A DNA stretch of 13,230 nt from Methanotrichaceae archaeon (GTDB lineage: Archaea; Halobacteriota; Methanosarcinia; Methanotrichales; Methanotrichaceae), in the NCBI GenBank assembly GCA_963754945.1, contig CAVWIG010000043.1, positions 1-13,230 of the forward strand. Reading direction: 5' to 3'. The first letter of the stretch is position 1; each line of letters begins with the position of its first letter. A model generated the notes under the pieces. That model had not been told where the DNA came from and made no database searches. It was given only the letters and a program-made list of their open reading frames with translations. Below, piece by piece: positions 7,711-13,230 of this stretch. Made by a program: the position numbers and the translations under genes.

Positions 7711-8112
7711 TTAAGCCAGTCTAATGCAAGTCTCAATGGCAGTGCGTAAATCATCAAGCCAAATGGGCTTGGCGAGGTATCCGTCCATGCCTGCTTCAAG
7801 GCATTTCTCCCGATCGCCTCTCAGGGCGTAAGCAGTAATGGCAATTATCCTTGGCCCGTCGTTGGGCCAGCGTTGGCGGATGATTCGAGTGGCCTCCAGG
7901 CCGTCCATCTCAGGCATCTTGACGTCCATGAGCACTACATCGTATGTATGGTGTTCCATGGCCTGCAGGGCCTCTATTCCGTTTGCTACTGCGTTCGCCG
8001 TGTAGCCCAGGTGCTCGAGCATGAGCATGGTTACCTTCCTGTTTGACGGCTCGTCTTCCGCTAGCAATATTCTTAAAGAGCTACCGCTATTCTGGCAGCT
8101 TTTATCTAACAT
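7711..8112 (-). CDS. Stand-alone response regulator receiver (CheY-like) protein
   Basis: ILLAEDE, VVLMDVKMPEMDGLEA (phospho-Asp), IAITAYA and YLAKP motifs; 133 aa with no output domain. Confidence 0.9.
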   Translation of the reverse strand: MLDKSCQNSGSSLRILLAEDEPSNRKVTMLMLEHLGYTANAVANGIEALQAMEHHTYDVVLMDVKMPEMDGLEATRIIRQRWPNDGPRIIAITAYALRGDREKCLEAGMDGYLAKPIWLDDLRTAIETCIRLA

Positions 8113-8338
8113 TCCCCTAACCCCAACCTCAAAAAGGGCTGCAAAATCATTGTAAGGTATCTATCGCGTCGAACAGTTAAAAATCTATGGGAATCTATGT
8201 TACGCAGGAATCTTACTGGTTTGATCGGAGATGATAAGATACTTTTCAACTCTGCTATTCGTTTGTCTTGATCAAAAAATTGGTTTCTCAAAATACTCTC
8301 TAAAAAAATTTGGAATTTCTAAATGACAAAACTTGCTG

Positions 8339-9583
8339 TTAAACCCATCCTCTTACTTTCATCGTTTCTACCAGCCTCTTGAAGGCTACGATATAGGCTG
8401 CCTGCCTCATCGTCACCTTGTACTCCCTCGATGCGCTAAGCACCGACCCATACGCCTTCACCATCTTCTTGTCCAGAAGCTTGCGAACATCTGATTCGTC
8501 CCACTGCCACATATCGAAGTTCTGGACCATCTCGAAGTAGGAGACGATAACTCCGCCAGCGTTGCAGAGAATGTCTGGTAAGACGTGTTTGCCCTCTTTG
8601 CCTAAGATATCGTCGGCCTCAGGCGTTGTAGGGCCGTTTGCAAATTCTGCCACTACTTTGGCCTTAATTCGGGCGGCGTTATCTCCAGTGATTGCTCCCT
8701 CGAGGGCCGCAGGAATTAGAATATCCACATCCAGCTCCAGTAGATCCTCATTGGAAATAGTTTTGGTTCCAGGAAAACCGACTACTGAGCCGTTCTCTGC
8801 CTTGTGCTTCCGGACAGCCTCGGGGTTCAACCCCCCCTCGCTGATGATTCCACCCTTGCTGTCGCTGACTGCAACGATTTTGCAGTCAAAATCAGGAGCG
8901 AGCCTAGCCGAATGATAACCGACATTTCCATAGCCCTGAATTGCAATCCTCGCTTCCTTAAGCTCCAGGCCGATCTCCTTCGCGGCCTCCCTGACGGCAA
9001 ACCAGCCTCCTAGCGCTGTTGCCTCCTCCCGGCCCGCCGAGCCACCGAGAAATAAGGGCTTTCCCGTGACAGAGCCGAAGACGTTCTCGCCCGTTATGTT
9101 GGAGTATTCGTCCATCATCCAGGCCATTACCTGGGCGTTGGTGCTGACATCCGGGGCAGGAATGTCCTTGTGCGGTCCGATGATGTCGCGGATTCCTCGA
9201 ACGTAAGCCCTACTCAGCCTTTCTAGCTCGCCCTTCGACAACTCCTTTGGATTGCAGATCACGCCTCCCTTTGCTCCGCCTAGAGGCAAGTCATGCAGGG
9301 CGCACTTCCAGGTCATGAGGGCAGCTAGGGCCCGGACGCTCTCCAGGTTCTGTTCAGGATGGAATCTGACGCCGCCTTTGGTCGGGCCCAGAACATCGCT
9401 GTACTGAACTCTGAAGCCCTGAAATACCTTCAGCTTCCCGTTATCCATGCGCACTGGAAGCGACACCTGAAGCTCCCTTGCTGATGTGCAAAGTATTTCA
9501 AGGACGTTCTCGTCAAGGCCTAGGTCGCAGCCGCACTTGGCGATATGGGCCTGGACCATAAGAAGAAGGTTTGAGTCTCTCAT
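8339..9583 (-). CDS. gdhA: Glu/Leu/Phe/Val dehydrogenase, probable glutamate dehydrogenase
   Basis: GPTKGGVRFHP, MTWKCA, GGAKGG, DIPAPDV, VTGKP, QGYGNVG (Rossmann), EFANGP and PDILCNAGGVIVSYFE motifs; AGGAG RBS. Confidence 0.93.
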   Translation of the reverse strand: MRDSNLLLMVQAHIAKCGCDLGLDENVLEILCTSARELQVSLPVRMDNGKLKVFQGFRVQYSDVLGPTKGGVRFHPEQNLESVRALAALMTWKCALHDLPLGGAKGGVICNPKELSKGELERLSRAYVRGIRDIIGPHKDIPAPDVSTNAQVMAWMMDEYSNITGENVFGSVTGKPLFLGGSAGREEATALGGWFAVREAAKEIGLELKEARIAIQGYGNVGYHSARLAPDFDCKIVAVSDSKGGIISEGGLNPEAVRKHKAENGSVVGFPGTKTISNEDLLELDVDILIPAALEGAITGDNAARIKAKVVAEFANGPTTPEADDILGKEGKHVLPDILCNAGGVIVSYFEMVQNFDMWQWDESDVRKLLDKKMVKAYGSVLSASREYKVTMRQAAYIVAFKRLVETMKVRGWV

Positions 9584-9781
9584 TTCTCCTAGGAGTGCTC
9601 TGTTTGGACTTAAGCATTTTCAAGGAGAATGTGTTGTGGGGTTATTAATAAATAATGTAAGAATAATAGTAGATGAAGGCTGAGAGCCCCAGGAAGGAGG
9701 ATTGCCGGATGACCTGTAGGCTCAACAGTCTGGTGGGACTCTACCATCTGGATCGATGTTCTTCACACTTAGAATAACTAC

Positions 9782-9796
9782 TTGTATATAGTACAA
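9782..9796 (-). promoter_or_regulatory. Putative TATA box of gdh embedded in a TTGTA-N5-TACAA palindrome
   Basis: Plus strand ttgtatatagtacaa; contains TATATA, ~200 nt upstream of the gdh start. Confidence 0.35.
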
Positions 9797-10254
9797 TTTA
9801 ACTCTTTTGGTATAATTAACAAGTATGCACATCAAGAGGATGTCATACAAGCCAGATAACCAAACAAACTTAACAGGACTTCAATCCAGGAATAAATTAT
9901 TAAAGGCATTAATGATAGAACAAATCAATTTCGTAGTGGCTTGTATTGGAGTTGCCAGTCACTTATGGATGATTGATTTTTTTTCCCGGCAGAATCGCCA
10001 ATCGCAGCCGGACGATGCATCCTGCCTGAAAAGGCTTTTCCGGCAGTGAATTTATGAAAATTCCTGATCTGCCTTTGCCCTGTATCGGCATAGAAACCCT
10101 AGTTTGCGTTCTGAAGTCATCTGAGATCGCGATGGGATTGGAATGAGTCTGGAAGTCGGAACGCTAGTTTGAGGCAATGGAATATCTTGATAGCACTTTC
10201 ATGTGACGACAGGTTGCGATATTAAAATTATTACAAAACCACTTAATAGTAGCT

Positions 10255-10332
10255 TGGTAGCGGGGAGTAGATTTGAACTACTGGTCTACGGGTTATGAGC
10301 CCGTCGGGATTTCCTGACTACCCCACCCCGCT
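10255..10332 (-). tRNA. Initiator tRNA-Met (CAT), intron-less, CCA encoded
   Basis: Reverse complement AGCGGGG TG GGGTAGTCAGGAAATCCC G ACGGG CTCATAA CCCGT AGACC AGTAG TTCAAAT CTACT CCCCGCT A CCA folds as a cloverleaf. A1-U72 and three consecutive G-C pairs in the anticodon stem are archaeal initiator hallmarks. TTATAAA box at ~10375-10369. Confidence 0.97.
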
Positions 10333-10541
10333 TCTCTGCACGCTGTATACCTATCCACCTTAATACTACTTTATAAGGCTTGCGTATCGTAGTTTGTACA
10401 ACAATCATGAGCAACGATATAAAGAGTGCTTTCCATGTGGAATTTGATTAAATGGCAGAACTCTGTCACTCTGTCACGTCGATGGAAAATTATAAATCAC
10501 TTCAAGTAGATTATGCCAGAGTACTGGATGGGGGATCAAAA

Positions 10542-11246
10542 ATGATGTACCTTTCAAATTACCGATTGGTCCTGCTGGCAATGGTCTTTATTTTGCTTGG
10601 CTCTTCGGCCATTGCTCAGGACAGTTCTGCACTCACGTTTGGATCGAAGGTTAAGCTTTCAGACTCGGATGAGTCCAAGGCACTTTGTCGGTTTTTCGTC
10701 GATCCCGAATTTGCATTTTATGATGCGAACATTAAAGGGATTTTCGATTCGGGAGATCCCGTTTACATACACATAAACCCGACAGAGCCTACGGTAAGCG
10801 AGAACGATGTTCGCCTTACTTCGTTTGGCAGCTTCCCACCCGGCAGTCAGGTTCGTTTAACCGACCCAGATGTCGGGTACCCATTATCCCAATTCGGAAG
10901 TAACGGATTTCCACGGGCTGAAGTCAGGTACTTCGATGTAGATGGTGACAAGGCATATAGCCTGAACGATCCTGTCTACCTTGACTTCAATCCTGGCACA
11001 GTGAGATCAGGAGATATCAGGCTGACCAACTATATGGGATATGAGGCAGGCACCAGAGTCCGTGATTCGGACTTAGACAGCGGAAAGCCAACAACTATAC
11101 TTCCTGGTATGCTCAATTTCTTCAACTCCAACGGAGATATAAACAACGGAGGGTATGCCATATACGATTCAGGTGATATAATTTATATGGACACCCAGGC
11201 ACCATTCCTTACCGTAACAATCAACGACATCAGGTTGTCGAGTTGA
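10542..11246 (+). CDS. Secreted three-repeat protein (probable sheath/cell-envelope protein, paralog 1)
   Basis: Start at ATG 10542 (GGGGGA upstream) gives a signal peptide (..RLVLLAMVFILLGSSAIA|Q). Three repeats G[ST]xVxx[ST]DxD...DpVY...[NG]D[VI]RL, shared with the two downstream genes. Confidence 0.85.
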   Translation: MMYLSNYRLVLLAMVFILLGSSAIAQDSSALTFGSKVKLSDSDESKALCRFFVDPEFAFYDANIKGIFDSGDPVYIHINPTEPTVSENDVRLTSFGSFPPGSQVRLTDPDVGYPLSQFGSNGFPRAEVRYFDVDGDKAYSLNDPVYLDFNPGTVRSGDIRLTNYMGYEAGTRVRDSDLDSGKPTTILPGMLNFFNSNGDINNGGYAIYDSGDIIYMDTQAPFLTVTINDIRLSS

Positions 11247-11274
11247 TTCAGATATTTTGTTCTGCTGAATTCAA

Positions 11275-11321
11275 AGCAAGAGCCAACGCGAATACGCGCT
11301 GGCTTGCTGATTTTTTTCTTT
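11275..11321 (+). terminator. Hairpin plus T-tract after paralog 1
   Basis: AGCA..AGCCA-a-CGCG-aata-CGCG-c-TGGCT-TGCT stem (11275-11308) followed by TTTTTTTCTTT. Confidence 0.65.
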
Positions 11322-11443
11322 GAAATTTTGTCCACCGAAGCTCAGCATCTCTTCAGTCAGATCTGCCCTGAAATTATTCTCAGTATTATCTTTTATTCAT
11401 AATTCGAATGTCCTCGCTTTTTCTTGAATCTTCTAAACTACCA

Positions 11444-11480
11444 AAAAATACTTATATTAATACAATAAAGAGGGATATGC
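11444..11480 (+). promoter_or_regulatory. Archaeal promoter (A-rich BRE, TTATAT TATA box, ATGC initiator element)
   Basis: aaaaatacTTATATtaa (TATA 11452-11457) with ATGC at 11477-11480, at methanogen-type spacing; predicted TSS ~G11479. Confidence 0.55.
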
Positions 11481-11704
11481 TGTAAGAGAAGCCCTAGCCA
11501 TAGTTTGGCTAGAGCTAAGGGGCTGCTGATTTGTTTGGCCATATAAAATATCGGGGGGGGTAATAAATTAGGTAGACCGTAGGCGCGTCTATCGAGTCAA
11601 ATATGGCGAATTGAGATGCCGCAGGATCGATGTGGCGTTAGAATCTCTTTGGTTCTGACAATCAATGACGCGTATTGACTGCAGATTAGTTTCTGAGCAT
11701 ATTT
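11473..11704 (+). ncRNA. Putative structured 5' leader / cis-regulatory RNA (no family recognised)
   Basis: Eight mutually compatible nested helices found by eye, many with G-U pairs that work only on the + strand (see findings). Confidence 0.65.
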
Positions 11705-11741
11705 GATGAAATATTACTAGGATTAAATCGGAGGAGGTGTT

Positions 11742-12443
11742 ATGTTGAAAAAGTCAATAAGGGCTTGTATTGTGCTTGCAAGCTTGGTTATGCTAATAGG
11801 AACGAGCCTAGCTACGTCGTACGAGTTTGGCTCGAAGGTACGGGCTGGAGACACGGATGTCAACGATGCGCTTATTCCCAATGGAGGTCTGGTCGTAGGT
11901 TTCATGGATCTACCGCCACTAAACGCATTAGTCCCTGATCCGAATGATGTGGCTTACCTACATCAAGGCGCTCTTCCTGGGGCCATTTTACCAGGTGACG
12001 TCAGGCTTTCGTCGTTTGCAGGTTTCCCCGCTGGGACCAGAGTAATGACAACCGACCCTGATGCCGGACGCCCGATAAACGCATTTCCAATAACAGCTAA
12101 TTGGGCATACTCAGCACTGTTTGATGGAGTGCCACCACAACCTTGTGATATCGAAGATCCCGTATATTGGGCAATTAAAGCAGCATCAGGAGCACATTCA
12201 GTTGCTGATTTGAGGTTGTCAAAAATTCAGAACCTTAATCCCGGAACTTGGGTGAAAGATAGCGATGTCGACTTCAATAATCCCATACAACTCTTGAATA
12301 ACGCTTCACCAATGATCCGTGATCTCAACGGTAACGGGCAGTATGATGACTCGGATTCAGTGTACCTGAAAATAAATAATGCATCACCCACTGAAGTGCA
12401 ACCAGGAGATCTGCGCCTCATAGCAATTAGTGGCCATAGCTAG
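11742..12443 (+). CDS. Secreted three-repeat protein (probable sheath/cell-envelope protein, paralog 2)
   Basis: Strong GGAGGAGGTG RBS; signal peptide MLKKSIRACIVLASLVMLIGTSLA; repeats YEFGSKVRAGDTD / AGTRVMTTDPD / PGTWVKDSDVD, each closed by D[VL]RL. Confidence 0.9.
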   Translation: MLKKSIRACIVLASLVMLIGTSLATSYEFGSKVRAGDTDVNDALIPNGGLVVGFMDLPPLNALVPDPNDVAYLHQGALPGAILPGDVRLSSFAGFPAGTRVMTTDPDAGRPINAFPITANWAYSALFDGVPPQPCDIEDPVYWAIKAASGAHSVADLRLSKIQNLNPGTWVKDSDVDFNNPIQLLNNASPMIRDLNGNGQYDDSDSVYLKINNASPTEVQPGDLRLIAISGHS

Positions 12444-12461
12444 GTATGGAGGTACAACAAA

Positions 12462-13205
12462 ATGAAAGATCTGATTAAAGCTTGCGTATTGTGCGCAAGT
12501 TTGATACTGATGTTCAGTATCGGCAATGCTGCAGCATATGATTTTGGCTCGAAAGTCATATCTGGAGACGCCGATGAAGGGAAGATCCTTGAAAGCTTCC
12601 AGGCTGCTGGACTTACTCCAACCGTTGCCTTTCTGAGCTTGTCAAACCCGACCACGTTCGACGCAAACTCAGTTGTCTACATAAATTTCGCCGGCAACAT
12701 GAGGGTCAACGTCGGCGACCTGAGGCTCACCAATTACAGCAATCTGTATGCCGCTGGTACAAAGGTTAAGAGCGGCGATCTGGACTTCGGGACCGGACCA
12801 CTTACGCCTTTCGCTAACCCAGCCGGGCAGATATACTTCGGACCTCGATTCTCCGCTCCGGACTATGTCTTAGACGATTCAGTATACCTCAAGACATCGC
12901 CTCTGCCCCTCGTAACAGGCCTCAATGACGTAAGGCTGAGCAGCCCAGTAGGCGCCATTCAGGCTGGCTCCAAGGTCAGCGACAACGATGGTGACTGGAA
13001 CACGCCCTTGACGCTGATGACAAGTGCGGCAGCAGGCGTGGTCAACCTTGGACCAGTAGCTGAGCTGAGGTTCTACAACATAGACGGCGATGTCAATGCC
13101 CTGGGGGCACCTGTCTACGGCTCGGAGGACCCGGTCTATCTGGATGTTTCCTTCCCAGGATTCGCAACCTATGGAATAGTGTCGCCCAACGACGTTCGAC
13201 TCTAG
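12462..13205 (+). CDS. Secreted three-repeat protein (probable sheath/cell-envelope protein, paralog 3)
   Basis: GGAGGT RBS; signal peptide MKDLIKACVLCASLILMFSIGNAAA; repeats YDFGSKVISGDAD / AGTKVKSGDLD / AGSKVSDNDGD; ends NDVRL. Confidence 0.9.
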   Translation: MKDLIKACVLCASLILMFSIGNAAAYDFGSKVISGDADEGKILESFQAAGLTPTVAFLSLSNPTTFDANSVVYINFAGNMRVNVGDLRLTNYSNLYAAGTKVKSGDLDFGTGPLTPFANPAGQIYFGPRFSAPDYVLDDSVYLKTSPLPLVTGLNDVRLSSPVGAIQAGSKVSDNDGDWNTPLTLMTSAAAGVVNLGPVAELRFYNIDGDVNALGAPVYGSEDPVYLDVSFPGFATYGIVSPNDVRL

Positions 13206-13210
13206 GCTTA

Positions 13211-13230
13211 GAGCTCGCGAAAGCGGGCTC
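13211..13230 (+). terminator. GNRA-capped 3' hairpin (terminator or mRNA stabiliser)
   Basis: GAGCUCGC-GAAA-GCGGGCUC: 8-bp stem with one U-G pair, just after the stop codon; the window ends before any T-tract can be seen. Confidence 0.6.

Noticed and set aside
817-9683. Numerous antisense or alternate-frame ORFs in the track (e.g. 817-1239, 1640-1951, 3182-3607, 5410-5955, 6167-6508, 8562-8915)
   Set aside because: They overlap well-supported genes and are expected shadows of GC-rich codon usage.
9800-10255. tRNA-anchored integrated element, and ORF 9825-10049
   Set aside because: No integrase and no duplicated tRNA 3' end in the window; the ORF has no recognisable features.
10452-10541. 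Longer N-terminus for paralog 1 and an 8-bp tandem ACTCTGTC repeat at 10460-10477
   Set aside because: The signal peptide and paralog lengths support a start at 10542; the micro-repeat is too short to interpret.
11473-11704. SRP RNA, RNase P RNA, tRNA or a known riboswitch as the identity of the structured leader
   Set aside because: By eye it lacks the SRP helix-8 GNRA motif, the RNase P GAGGAAAGUCC motif, a T-loop cloverleaf and the riboswitch cores I recognise.
1-13230. CRISPR array, transposase or rRNA
   Set aside because: No regularly spaced repeats, transposase-like ORFs or rRNA signatures seen.

Overview
Archaeal chromosomal window. Gene content, an archaeal-type initiator tRNA and TATA-type promoters point to a methanogen, most likely Methanothrix/Methanotrichaceae (inference). 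Left end (1-2140): a decayed accessory patch with a truncated Ku (NHEJ) relic, an intact MNT-HEPN (MntA/HepT-type) toxin-antitoxin pair and two further pseudogenes. Middle: an acetyl-CoA hydrolase/CoA-transferase-GNAT fusion with a downstream hypothetical gene, divergent from a tusA-dsrE-iscS-iscU operon. The IscS-like protein lacks the PLP Schiff-base lysine (SSND instead of SxHK) and several substrate-binding residues but keeps the mobile-loop Cys. With two persulfide carriers alongside, this suggests a cysteine-independent sulfur relay into Fe-S assembly. Next come a stand-alone receiver protein, glutamate dehydrogenase and tRNA-iMet. Right end: three paralogous secreted proteins, each built from three ~65-70 aa repeats (probable sheath/cell-envelope proteins). 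Two of them sit behind a ~230-nt multi-stem, G-U-rich leader that looks like an unannotated structured RNA.
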